Shown here piece after piece: positions 12,753 to 25,915 of a stretch of DNA of 64,000 nt; the stretch's first letter is position 1, and each line of letters starts with the position of its first letter. The notes under the pieces are model-generated. The model had not been told where the DNA came from. It ran no database searches and saw only the letters and a program-made list of their open reading frames with translations. The position numbers and the translations under genes were made by a program. Source of the stretch: Octopus sinensis. Its lineage: Eukaryota. The stretch lies in NCBI RefSeq assembly GCF_006345805.1, contig NC_043001.1, positions 52,824,001 to 52,888,000 of the forward strand. The letters are read 5' to 3'.

Positions 12753-14402
12753 ATATTCATTGATTTTAATGAGGTAAATGCGTAGTCTCGCCTGATGATG
12801 CTGTTCTGGTTGCAGAACAGAAATTCAATAATATATTTTGTTTAAATTTCCTTAGGGATATTATTAAACGTGTGATAAGAATCTTTCCACGAAAATATAG
12901 TCAACAGGAGCAGTATTTATTTACCACGTTCCAAGTATATAATGTTTCTATATTTCAGACAAAGATATATCTTCTGATATCTCCTGGAAACAAAATATAG
13001 TCGTAAATATCATAATGCTGACATTATTATTATACGATATTCCTTGAGCGATTAATAGTTCTTCCTGCTTAATAAAATATTCACATATTACTTTTTCGAG
13101 ATTGAGATCGTATTATTTTATGCTATTGCAAATATTTTCGGAAGAATCAATTTTCTTGGGAAATACCACAGAAAAAATTAAAAACAAGCTCTTTACATAA
13201 TGGCTGTCTTTTTTTTTACATTCTATGGTATAGGCTTTCATGAAACTATTAGAAATGATATCCAATTCCCACCTTGTTTTCGTCGAAATTTCTATAAATG
13301 AACCTTATTTTTCTACGTTTATTTGAGTGGTATGGCAAATACTGATTATTATGCATTGACAATCAACCCTTGGTGCAGTTTCACAAAATATCTTAAATAA
13401 TATTTGTTTTTCATTAAAAACAATGTTTCAATTTCACTAGTTCAATTTGGAAAGAGAAACATATCAATATTGGAAGAAGTGCTTGAAATCATATATTACG
13501 TTTTTTACTTCCTTATTGATTTCTACACGGATTTTTGTTTTCCTCGTGACGTGTTTACAACTTTGTGGAAGATATGGTCTGACTGATGATTACTAAGTTA
13601 TCTGATAACAGATTGAAATCTTTTGTACGAATATATTATCAGCTTACTAAACAGCGTAGTATATTCTGAAAAATTTGAACTAAGGTAAAGCATGAAAACT
13701 TTGCAGTATACATGTCGATAAGATTTTAGACACACTTAATTCTGCATGTCAAAACCTCTTGCAGAAAATGTCTATCTCTTCATTCGACCGCATCTGTATG
13801 TTGCCATAAAACCAGGCATATTAACGGGGGCAGGAATTAATTCAATACTATACAGTTGTTGATTATCTATCAACTATCAACTCCATAAGCCATTTACATT
13901 GACAAGTTTTTCACACACCTCTTAAAGTACTGCTGTCACACACACACGGCCTAAACTACTTCCTGAAGGGATTGTTATTCGTATAAATGTCAAATTTCCA
14001 TACCTAGCCTTCTAAAATTAACATATTGCAGACAAGACTTTCTCTCTTCACGGCTTGTCGACGGGACTAAAATTAACTTTCACCGTCTAAGTCCTAAAAT
14101 GCACACTTCAAAAGTAACATATTTCCACCTTCTGTTAGAAAATTATACTAGATAATTCACTATATATTAGATCTAGAATCTAGAATACAACATCCAAGAA
14201 AGCAATTTTTTTTCTGACCTGCCTGTATTTCGTTTTCGAATCTCAAAATAAATACCAAATACCGCGTTATTTCAGAAAAGAAGGATAGAATGAAGTATAT
14301 GCGTATTGCTTCTATTTCAATGAGTGAGTGAAAGAATATTAGTTAGCCCGTTCTTTCATAAATGCATGGTCTTCTGAGTGATATTTTCAGTAGTTGTTCA
14401 TA

Positions 14403-14820
14403 GGCGCAGGAGTGTCTTTGTGGTAAGTAGCTTGCTTACCAACCACATTGTTCCGGGTTCAGTTCCATTGCGTGGCACCTCGGGCAAGTGTCTTCTACTA
14501 TAGCCTCGGGCCGACCAAAGTCTTGTGAGTGGATTTGATAGACGGAAACTCAAAGAAACCCGCCGTATACATGTATATATATATATATATGTATATATGT
14601 GTATGTGTATGTGTTTGTGTGTCTGTGTTTGTCCCCCCAACGTTACTTGACTACCGATGTTGGTGTGTTTACGTCCCCGTAACATAGCGGTTCGGCAAAA
14701 GAGACCGATAGAATAAGTACTAGGCTTACAAAGAACGAGTCATGGGATCGATTTGCTCGACTAAAGGTGGTGCTCCATCATGGCTGCAGGCAAATGACTG
14801 AAACAAGTGAATAAAAGAGT
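14403..14820 (+). mobile_element. tRNA-derived SINE (family A), full length
   Basis: ggcgcaggagtgtctttgtggtaagtagc...ccgggttcagttcc head, cgggcaagtgtcttctac core, aaatgactgaaacaagtgaataaaagag tail. Confidence 0.9.
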
Positions 14821-15703
14821 ATCAATCAGTATCAGAGTTCCTGATATTGACCGTATTTGCTCAGCTTCCAGTTGAATGGCGGTTAATGATTTACTTATGA
14901 ATACTAAATACTGGCAACATATTGCCACTTTTGCTCTCATGCCATGTTACCTTTTTGTCGTCTTTGTGTGATGGTATGTGTTTGCATTCAGTGATGGGAT
15001 GGCTTTGCAGACTGCGAGGCAGGATCAGTGGTGTTGATGTTTATTCCTTTCCAATACATATCATCATAAATTTTGATTTCAACTCTCTTTGTAAAGAATA
15101 TTTTTTTCCAGTACATATTTTTCTTTTGATTGGGAAATCATCTAATTTTTTCTGACTGGTTATGTTGTGCTTAGTGTATTTCAAGCCTGTGTTTTATGGC
15201 TTTGTGTTCCTTGCATAGATTTCCTTAAGAAAAACATTTTTCATGTTTGGGAGAAATTTTCGGGAAGGGGATTTCACCGATGATATAGGTGTTGTTACTT
15301 TATTTCCAGTTTCTTATTATTTTGTCAGGCAGGAGCTTGTATCCTATTGAGCGTGTTGATTACTGTAACGAGGTTTGCATACATTTTCATTAGTTCTTTT
15401 AAACTTTCTTCATTTGTAGTTAAAATTGACATGTTCCTTTTTTATTGGCATTTTCTGTTCTACATATGGTATTTGATATTGAAAAGGTGAAGGATTTCCC
15501 TGATTTACTGTAACAAGGAACTATCACAAAATAATGTTCATGCAAGACAACGGTTAAGGTCGCTAAAATATCCTGGGTTTATTTATCAAGTTATTTGCGG
15601 AGTTCTTATAAGAAATTATTTTGCATTACATTTGTGCTTGACTTGCCGTATTATATTAAATATTTTATACTGACGAGTTAGTGGGGATCTTTATCTTTTA
15701 ACA

Positions 15704-15857
15704 GACAGATTTAAAAAATAATTCCTTGTAACTAAACATTTCAAACTTCTGACACTGGTAGAATGCTAAGAGTCAAAACATATTTTATATGACACATTCT
15801 ACCAGTGTCCAAAGTTTGAAAGAGTTTAGTTACAAAAAATTATGTTTTAAATCTGTC
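15704..15857. mobile_element. Small fold-back/MITE-like hairpin
   Basis: About 62-bp arms (gacagatttaaaaaataattccttgtaactaaac...gacactggtagaatg / cattctaccagtgtc...tttaaatctgtc) with a 30-nt spacer. Confidence 0.7.
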
Positions 15858-18800
15858 GGTCAAAAGGTAAAGATCCGTTGGCGGTCTTGCTCGGATCTAG
15901 TTTCAGATAATACGACTCAGATATCAAATTACTCAAACATAAAATATGGTCTGTGATTTTTAATGGCAGAGGTGATAATAAGGAAATATCTATATCGTTT
16001 TAAGTCGTGTTATTCATACTGATGTTTAATGGAACAACCCCAAGTAACAAATAAAACTTATTAGTGATAATGTAGCTGAAAAATTGCTTAATATATCGGC
16101 GTGCCTTACTACAAACAGATATCACGAGATGTAGAATATATTAGACACGTACATTATGTGTATGACTTATAACCATCATACCGATATTATTTTTCAGAGA
16201 GTGTTTCAGTGGCACTGCACGAGGCTGATATTAAATTTTGCCGAATACTATTCTGTGAGCTCTATTTGAACATCATATTATTTAACCGTAGCAAGACGTT
16301 AAAAGATGATATGTTAGCTCTCCAACATATATGAGTTCGAATCAGTACTTCATTACAATATAGTTCCTAATCATAAATATGATTTAACTTTTTTATTTGA
16401 TTCCTTTCTGTTTCAGTGTAATTTAGTAACTTATTTTCATAGGAATGCAAATAACATTATCACTTTGATAGGAAACGATTCGATTGCTCAAAACGTTTCT
16501 TCTGGTTGATTCAAACGGGTACTAAATTTTTTATTTCACGCAGTGTGCATCATATATCAGACAATTTGTATTATCATCATTATCCAGTTATTAGACGATA
16601 AAAAACATATATGCGACGTTCTTATCATTCAGTACTGTAAGGAAAATATGGGCTATAGAAAAATTGCATGTCTCTCACACGTGGCAAATTAGTTATTGTT
16701 ACTACTATTGTTTTTCTTGTTATTTGTTGCATAAGTCATAGTCAACCGTGATGTTGAATATCAAGGAGTATGCCGCTTCTCCCATTTATACTGTTTCCAC
16801 TTAACCACGGAATATAACGATGCGCACGCTTGCATCACTTTACACAATACGTACAGAAAATGTAAATGTGAGTCATGCGTGGTGTAGTGTAAGAGTCAAG
16901 CCATGTTTTCTATTTAATCTCCAGTTTTACATTTGTCTGAGGATCAGACATACGTTGATAACAGTCGATCCAATGATAACTATTTCGCTTTTCCAAGTAC
17001 CTTGCGTTACACCATTCAATGTGGTCTTCCATTTTCCAATCAGAAAACCATTGATTTAAGAAAAGTTTAACTGGTGTTCTTAGTGGATGAAACGTCCAAT
17101 TCGAATCAAGCTTCAAAGGTGAAATCAACCCCCAAGATTCTGGTGGTTGCCACGCCAAAGAAAAGCATGACGAATTCAGTCTGCGAACGATATTTGGTTT
17201 TCCTCTCTTTTCATCTCAGAATATAAAGCTACTCACGCTTCTGTAGCCGTTTCTGTGTTTCTGTATTTTTATTTTTGACTGGTATAAAGGAAAGAAATTA
17301 TGCCTTGAGAGTACTGTTTTCAGATGTCCTGAATACTTTATATATCTCAATATTACATGTCTAATAGTTTAGATATCTCAACCTGTTCATATAGTGAAAG
17401 ATTTTGAGATTTGGAATTTAAAGCAGTGCTACTTGCTGATGCATGATTCTGTTTTCTTGGCTCTTATTTGTGAGTGGCGTCAATTTTCTAAGGTAACGTA
17501 GTGGAACATATGCGTTTTCAAGAGAAGTTTGTGGTAACATTATGTTGATTGGTGCGATGATTTATTGCTTTAGACATTTTTTTTATCTAGTATATAAGTG
17601 ATACATTAAACGACGTTATTCTCCTACTCTTGCAGAATTATATTGCCGGCAGTTAGAAAATCGTTTTCCGAATTCAAGCATCTGCACTTGAAAATATTCA
17701 ATGGAAGTACGTCCATATGATGTTTATGTATTTAGGTGTCCAATGGCCCTGGGAGACAGTTGACGTGATTATAGAAATTGCAGATATTGGAAGTGCTGTT
17801 CTTGGGTCCTAAACGCGCTTCAAAACATGACAGCTATTTTGTAAACTAGAACGTTGTCTTTGAATGGTTTCTATATAAGTGGACATGTGATAAAGAGATC
17901 CGTTAATGAAAACCTTATGCAGCATCTTTGGTATGTTTGTGTGCTTAGTGTTCGATGAACGCACTGGATTAAGTATGAGTTTTGTGATTTCCACTGAGAA
18001 TGGTGTATGGAAATGTGTTGTATCTGTACAAAGCTCCTTCACATATTTTTGTTAGGAAACAACATTCTTATGTCTTCGCTCAGTTTCAATAGATCAGTAC
18101 ATATATAATGAATGATAGGCATGTATATATTTAGTCAAATTTAATAATAGAATGTAATTACGCGTTTACAATGGCTGGATAACTAAAATGAAAGGACAAG
18201 AGGAATTGCTGGAAAGAATATCCTAACAGTATTTGTAGAGTAAAAACCGCGTACATTCCTTGAAACAGGAGTTTCAAACTTTCACTGGAAAAGTAGCTAA
18301 AAATAAGGAAATGGTAAAAGCAACCATCAGGTAAATGAAATCAAGCAACATGATAGTAACAGTTATTTTGCCACTGATCCCCACGTTGGGAAAATATTTT
18401 ATACGCATTATGTGGAGAAATTGTTTTCTTGACCATTTCTAACTGAGTATAAATGTAGGGAACATATTGTATAGAATCATGCATAACATTAAAAAAAATG
18501 AGTTCAACCTGTCTCTAACTAATGGACAAACACAGTGTCACTTGAAAATAGAGCAATATTAGTAATATCTCTATTTTATATCTTACGGAGAATTATATAA
18601 ATCAACATAAGATACATTTATTATCGGGATTTAGCTCTTACCGATTTTATTGCATAATGTAGCACTGTATATTTATTTCTTTTAACTTGGTGCATGGCCA
18701 ACCTTTGCAATAATGCCGTCATTTTCGATTGAATCGACTCTGCTACTATATTCTTTGTAATTATATTAACTTCGGAAGGATTTCAGTTTAATAAGTATAT

Positions 18801-19631
18801 ATTGATTTTTCATGTTAGAAACTTTAATAGTTTCAGGGACAGGTGTACACTCAGCAAAACTCCATTGGAATGTCATTTGCATTTATGTTCTTATTATTAA
18901 GCCTAAAAGCAAATCTTTGTCTAACTGTATGCCAGGTTTCATTACACACAAAATGTGTATATCTTTATACAAACTATGCCCAATGGAATAAATTGTATGA
19001 TTGATTCTACTCATTGCAAGCGCACAAGCAAGCTTTATTTTAACAATTTCGGCCAAATGCTCTCGAACAGAAATTTTCTGGCACTCACAAAATGACGGAA
19101 AATTATGTATTCAGAGAAACAAGTAAAACTTTTATATCTCAAGAAATAATTTTAAGCGTTTTAAAATATTTATAAACTAAGCAAGCCTGTAATCCTATCT
19201 CCAGGCAAAACCTCGATATTGGTGTCAGAAAATAAAATATTGATGAGAAGAATTTCGTCGAATATTTTTGTACGAGTTGTTTGCAGAAGACGTCATCCGC
19301 TAACATTGAAGTACTTTGAACTGTTGCAAATACTTCTCTGAATTTCATTATACATCCTATATTCCATGCTTAGTATCCAGTTCAAACAATATAGAATAAA
19401 TAATTCTCTCTACATAGAGTCAACATACATGAATTTGTCTATTCATAATAAAATTACAAAAATACACGTTGAATAAAAGTACATGCATAGTAATTATTGA
19501 AAAATACACTCAAACTTTACATGGAACTATAAACTTTTCAATGCCACATCTTCAGTGTTTGCATCAACAAGTTCCGGATTGAACACCAAATTACGGAACA
19601 GATTAATTACACAATACCTATGCATAGCAAA

Positions 19632-19680
<49 letters not shown>

Positions 19681-19698
19681 ATATATATATATTGGGTG

Positions 19699-20291
19699 TA
19701 GGTTGCGGTGAATATATTGTCGTCAGAAATACATAAAGATGAAAATAACATTGACATCTCGTTTAAACAGGCATATTTGCCAAAATTACACAAAAATATC
19801 TTGACATACTACAGAGTAAATGTATTCAATAAAATTGTCATTGGCTTCAACCATTGCCTCCAGACAAATTCCGGATCTCCTACGGCTCCACCGGACGTTC
19901 TTCTTGCTTAAGTTGGTGAATGCTGCCACAATCATTGCCTTGAGTTCATCTTTGGCGTTACAAGGAGTTTTGTTGGTCTCTCGCTCACCTGCACTCCACA
20001 CATAATAATCGGTTGCAGTCTGGGGAGTTAGGTGGCTAAATGTTAGAGGTGATGCAGTCTCAGAAATTGTCTGACAACCGTGACTGGGTTTTCCAGCTTG
20101 TATGGCATGAAGCAGAGTCCTATTGGCAGACTTAAGTTCTTCCAGCAGCCACCCTCTGTAATGCTACCGTTTTTTACAGTCGGTACCCATCTGACCCTAC
20201 TTTACTGTGTAGTCGACAAAATCGAAACAAAACAATGCACGTGCGTGAAATTAAACATATATTATGTCGACAATTTACCCATCACAGGCTG
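19699..20291 (-). mobile_element. Internally deleted Tc1/mariner-superfamily transposon
   Basis: Transposase C-terminus PPNSPDCN...YYVWSAGERETNKTPCNAKDELKA...LEAMVEANDNFIE; imperfect ~26-bp TIRs, TA at the right flank. Confidence 0.8.
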
Positions 20292-20322
20292 TATATATGT
20301 ATATATATACACACACACACAA

Positions 20323-20355
<33 letters not shown>

Positions 20356-20371
20356 CATATAATATATACAC

Positions 20372-20405
<34 letters not shown>

Positions 20406-20467
20406 GTAGCTATATGTATAATATATATATATGTATATATATGCATATATATATTATTTTTCATAAT

Positions 20468-20670
20468 GTGACCTCGTGTGTACCGTTGGCGATTTTTTCC
20501 CCTCTGTCTTCCCTTCTTTGGATCTTTCCTCCTCCTATGTTTCCGACGAAGAGCTCCGCTCGAAACGTTAAACCCTCTTTCTTTCCTTCTTTCCTGAGCG
20601 TCCAATAGTACTATATTTGTTCCACGACCTCGCGTTGTTGTGTTTTTTTGTGCTTTCTTGTTTGGATTAA
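20468..20670 (+). mobile_element. PLE pLTR-like short element between (TA)n tracts with HHR-like motif at 20536-20610
   Basis: CCGACGA A GAGC-tcc-GCTC GAAA CGTT...AGCGTC; its 3' part (gagcgtc...aata...ttgtt) recurs at 45500-45630(-) and 51560-51660(+). Confidence 0.65.
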
Positions 20671-21357
20671 CTATATATATATAAAGAGAGTGAGAGACAG
20701 AGCAGAGCAAATATATGACTCATATCAAACTTATCCTTGTAATCTGTAGATTCTGAACTTTGCTTAGAGGCTATAAGTAAATTCAGATCTAAACACATAT
20801 TTACACTCAGACAACATACAGCTGCCCTCTATATCAGTTTGTATATACATATGAAAAATAGAGCTGCCACACAGCCAGACGTACACGCATACACACGCTA
20901 TCGCACACACATATATAAAAATAAATAAAGAAATAAACGTATATGCTTGTAGGTATTATTAATTTGATCAAAATAGATGTTATTTCGCTGATAAATATAT
21001 TCACGAGGCATTACGTTCAACTTCGGTACGCTTGCTAATGCTCCTATAATCTATATTCACCACATTTACAGTATGTTTCTTAAAACTACCACTTTACACC
21101 AATACTTGCTATATTGTGCGTACCTTCCAGATCAACGTGTGATTCCATAAATGAGTCAAACGTTTACTATGCTCAAAAAATGTAAAATCACTGAAAAGTA
21201 TTGAAAGCTATAATGTTAGGATGTCGGCTGTCACAGGCCCAGCACTACAACGTTTCCCCTAACATACATATATATATATATACAAATTATATATATATAA
21301 ATTATAATGTATATATATGTATATATATATATTATATTTATAAATATATATTTATAT

Positions 21358-21416
21358 CATCATCATCATCATCATCATCATCATCGTTTAGCGTCCGTTT
21401 TCCATGCTAGCATGGG
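21358..21416 (-). mobile_element. Extreme 3' end of an RTE-type LINE/SINE with (CAT)n tail
   Basis: (cat)n followed by cgtttagcgtccgttttccatgctagcatgggtt; family assignment from recall only. Confidence 0.45.
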
Positions 21417-21434
21417 TTATATATTATATTTATA

Positions 21435-21475
<41 letters not shown>

Positions 21476-21760
21476 TTATATATATATTATATTTATAAAT
21501 ATATATTTATATATATATATAAATTATAATTAAGGTCATCTAAAAGATAAAACTATGCTAGAGATAGCAGTCAAAACTTGACTCTGAAACCACATACACC
21601 AGTAGTCATACAGCAACAAGTATAAAAGACAAAGCGACAAATAAACTAGTAAAAATTATAGGAAAATCCCAGATCCATATTCCTGGTCTTGCAACCAATA
21701 TACTTTGCCTTTTTGTTGGAATATACACACAAAGAACATAATGACGAATATATATTTAAG

Positions 21761-21800
<40 letters not shown>

Positions 21801-21966
21801 ATATATACAACATGCGAACACTTACATATACGAACGTATACACACATATATTTGCGTATGCACACGAGGGGTTTAAATTGCCCGTCTACATTCCACGTGT
21901 TATATGGTCAAAATACTACTGCAGGAATATAATAATGAAGTAAACACATAAATTTATATAAATAAA

Positions 21967-22138
21967 GATAAGATCGTTATTTAAATGTGATTTTAGAGTC
22001 AAGTTTTGACTGCTCTCTGTAGCACGGTAGTATCAGTTAGATAGCTTTAATAATGATCTTGATAATAATTATTACCTATAAGGTTTTGTTCCCATGCTGG
22101 ATACTTGATATGGTCGGTATTTTAAATAACGATCTTAT

Positions 22139-22139
<1 letters not shown>
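21967..22139. mobile_element. 173-bp MITE-like element
   Basis: Perfect 19-bp TIR gataagatcgttatttaaa / tttaaataacgatcttatc. Confidence 0.55.
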
Positions 22140-22169
<30 letters not shown>

Positions 22170-22173
<4 letters not shown>

Positions 22174-22898
22174 GTCTGATAAATAAGTATCCGGACTGTT
22201 GCCATAGTAACGAAGCTAGAGCACTCTTGGCACGGATTGATCTTAAGCTCTGCTGTGCATGCACTATAAGCTTTAACGTTCTAGCTCACTTCAGCTGTTT
22301 ACACCACTGGTTGGAAAAAAAGGTATGTAGCGTGTGTTCATCGTTTTTTGCACAATGAAGGAGATGTTCTGCAACTGAAACCTGAGTGTTCTTTTGGTCA
22401 GCTGAACGCAATTTTGGCACAAACTTGGTTGACATGCGTCTCATATCCTAATCTTCAGTGATAATTGACTGAACCGTAACTAATCTGCACATCTTCTGAT
22501 AGCATGCGCATGGTGCTTCGATTATTTCTCCTCATAGCTGCACGCACATTTGCCATGTTTCTCTCACTTTTGCTGGTTGCAGGGATCTCTGAAGGTTCCT
22601 CAATATCGACATTATTTCGGCGATCTTGGAAACATCTCAACCGCATGTACACTTGTGTGCAACTCATACACTTCTCTCCATATGCATTCTGCAACGTTGC
22701 GTAGGGTTTGAGAAGATATTGCCATAACAACTCCTTATGTTATGGTCAATGCAACAATTCCGATATACGCACTTTCTTTCAAGCGTGCACAGCAGAATAT
22801 AAGGCCAATGTTTGCCAGGCGGCTTTAATCTGCAGGATTTAGCTTTATTATGCGTGCTTTACTATGGAACAGTCCGTATACGTATTGATCAGACTTCG
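22170..22898 (-). mobile_element. Internally deleted mariner (N-terminal HTH half of the transposase)
   Basis: About 40-bp TIRs (gaggtctgataaataagtatccggactgtt...), TA flanks; LQNAYGEKCMS...NNRSTMRML, then MRRMSTKFVPKL (WVPxxL-type motif). Confidence 0.85.
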
Positions 22899-22934
22899 TA
22901 CATGTATATATATGTATATATGTATGTATGACTG

Positions 22935-22970
<36 letters not shown>

Positions 22971-23683
22971 ATATAAAGGGGTTTGTATGATTGTGTATAG
23001 AGGTCACTTAATATTTGATATTCACTATTTCATCTATCCAATACGACAATCAATACTTCATTACATTTTACACTATATATACTATTTATATTATATATTC
23101 TATATTCTACATTAATATTATAACGAATATAAATAAAACATAAAAAATAGACGTGATTTCCTTTGAATAATATATATATATATATATATATGAATATATA
23201 TATATATATATGTATGTATGTATTTATGCATGTATGCATGTGTCTGTGTGTGTGTAAATTTTGTAATTATAATCAAGTATATTTATAATAAAGGGGGCAT
23301 ATGTGCCTACTTGCTAAATATTTAAGTAAATCACCGGATTACACTGAAACGTATAACAAATCAACAGAAATCGGGTTAGTGAGAAACGATTCTTCATAAT
23401 CACCACTGATTAAAACTGTAGAATGAATAATTGGATATATTTATATCATGATTTCATGTTCTGGCGAAAGCCGCAATTATCCTCAATAGATATTACCAAA
23501 TGAGAGAAACGAACTACCCCGCGCAAATTCATAACGGCTTGAGTGTATAATACATATATGAGGAATGAATATTGAAATGAATATCTACGATATGTTGTTG
23601 TTATTACTATCAGCGGTAATTTTAAATATAATAATAACAATAAAAATATCTTTATGTATATTTATTTCAATATATATATATAT

Positions 23684-23715
<32 letters not shown>

Positions 23716-24228
23716 ATATATATATTCATATATATACACACACATATATATATATATATATATGTATATACATATATATATATATATATGTATGTATATA
23801 TATATATGAATAAATAGTTATATACATATATGTACATACATACATATATACATGCATAGAGCCATACAGGCATATATATAACAACTATTTCATGTTAAGT
23901 TGTAAAAAGAAACAATCATTGAGTTTGCTTCACCTCTAAGTAATAGGAGTATTTGAAGAGTTGGCACTGCGCAGTGATAACGGCGATTTCCACATGAAAT
24001 ATTTGCTTTTCTTATCTAAAGCAGCATTTATAACCTGAACTTGAATGAAATTCTGAGCATATATAATATCCATAATATTTTATCTATCTTTCATGCGACT
24101 AAATTTGTTTGGGAAACTAATCTTATATGATATATACATATATGTATCATAAATATAATTTTCCTTCGAAAATTCAATTTGATACTCTATACTAAACATG
24201 ATACCATTTTATTACTCGATATTTGCAG

Positions 24229-24335
24229 TAAGGGAAGCAAGATTTATGATGGATTCCGGCTTTGATTTTAGAAGGAGAAACGGTGTTAGTAACATTTGTA
24301 TAGATTCTTGCACAAGTAGTATCATATTTCATGAG
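24229..24335 (+). CDS. Candidate internal exon of an unidentified host gene
   Basis: tattactcgatatttgcag acceptor and GAG|gttagt donor; only one open frame (REARFMMDSGFDFRRRNGVSNICIDSCTSSIIFHE); no recognised homology. Confidence 0.2.
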
Positions 24336-25370
24336 GTTAGTGTAGTTTATTACCAGCAAAATGTGGTGTTGCTTATCGCTTAAGTTTACTTTAAAGAGAC
24401 TGAAACGCAAAATAGATTTGAATCCTAAAATACCGCTATGGATGATTGTACGTATGGACATATTTATCTTAACGATCAAAGTGCTGAAGTAAGACATTCA
24501 ATGTTGTTTTGCGTCAGTAACATATGTAAGGAATCAGTAGAGGAAATTTGCCGTGTATTGAATAAAAAATTGCAGATGAATTAAAGAGTAGGTACGGGAG
24601 AGAATTAGCAGTGTCTCCTAGAATTCCCAGCACCAGACTAAATGATTTGTAGCATTCAGATTTCTTCGCTTGAATATAAATTCTTTTGAATATAAATTCT
24701 CTTGAATATGAATTGAAATCAGATGATGGCCGTCGTTTCTATTCATTCTGTTCGAATGTATTCGAAATTTACACATATTTAATATTAGAGAAATCCTCGT
24801 TACTATACGAAATTTGTCCTCCGAAATAATAACAATTGTCTTATGGTGATTTTCTAGAGATGCAATCAATTTGTGGACATCGTATTACAAAACAAAAATG
24901 CATAATCCAACAAAATCACATAAATCATAGCATGGCTTTCAATTTGTACCAACATATTAATGCAAGATGCTTCTGTGAAACTCCATACTGACTTTCCCGT
25001 TTCCAATGGTAATTAGTTATGTTTAGGGGCAGCTCATTTCGTAGATCTTGTGATCACAATTTGCATTGATGAAAACAAAACTTTCTTTCTTACAATGTGA
25101 TCAATCCATTAAATTAATCAGTAATGAAATTAGAACAAATTACCAACGAAAGTGAGATAACTGAGTATGTTAAACGTTTAATCTTAGATTTGTTAGATGT
25201 GATATTCGGTTCGGAATCGCATGCCCATTTATTTCGGATACCAGTACATAAATCAGACATTGTGAGTGAAGTAATATTAGTTGATTAATGAAGTTTATGA
25301 TAGTATATTTTAACATGTAGTGTGTGCACTTTGGAATAATATATAATTTGCATTGGTAGGGTGGCATAAA

Positions 25371-25557
25371 GACAGCGAATAGGTAAAATCGTTAGCACGA
25401 CAGAGAAAATGCTTAATGCTATTTCGCACGTCTTTACGTTCTGAGTTCAAAACTCCGCCGAGGTCTTCTTTACTTTTCATCCTTTCAGGGTTCAATAAAA
25501 TAAGTACTATCAAGTATTGGGATCAATGTAATCGACTTCTCTCTCCCCTCACAAACT
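25371..25557 (+). mobile_element. tRNA-derived SINE (family B)
   Basis: aatcgttagcacg...gcttaatgctatttcg...ctgagttcaaaactccgccgagg...tttcatcctttcagggt; reverse complement of the 35517-35731 copy. Confidence 0.8.
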
Positions 25558-25716
25558 ACTTGCTTTCTGACAACATTTAAAATCATTGATAGGACAGCAC
25601 TGGAAAGTCCCAAAAGCTAGAACCAATTAAATGAACATTGCATAACTCTCTTTTCTGTATGGTGTATTTATTACATGTATACTTAATCCATCGTTCTTTA
25701 TTGAGATTTTTAATGT

Positions 25717-25915
25717 GGGGAGCAGGCGCAGAATCGATACAACGCCGGAAAACAAGACTGCTTAGCAGCATTACCACCGAATTTACGTTCGGAGATCAAA
25801 CGCCGCCGGCGTGGACCTTGCCTTTCACCCTCTCAGAGTCGATGTACCTGCTAAGCACTGGGTTCGATGCAATCGACTTACCCCACTCTCGAAATTACTG
25901 GATTTGAAACTAATG
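25717..25915 (+). mobile_element. tRNA-derived SINE (family B), diverged
   Basis: gcagaatcgatacaacgccgg...gcttagcagcatt...gaccttgcctttcaccctctcagagtcgat...gcaatcgactta. Confidence 0.7.

Noticed and set aside
14930-15480. Possible Gypsy integrase remnant (MYWKGIN)
   Set aside because: Only one short motif, with no contiguous supporting domains.
21555-22030. About 45-bp inverted match (gcagtcaaaacttgactct)
   Set aside because: More simply two oppositely oriented fragments of one dispersed repeat tail; no TSD or coherent interior.
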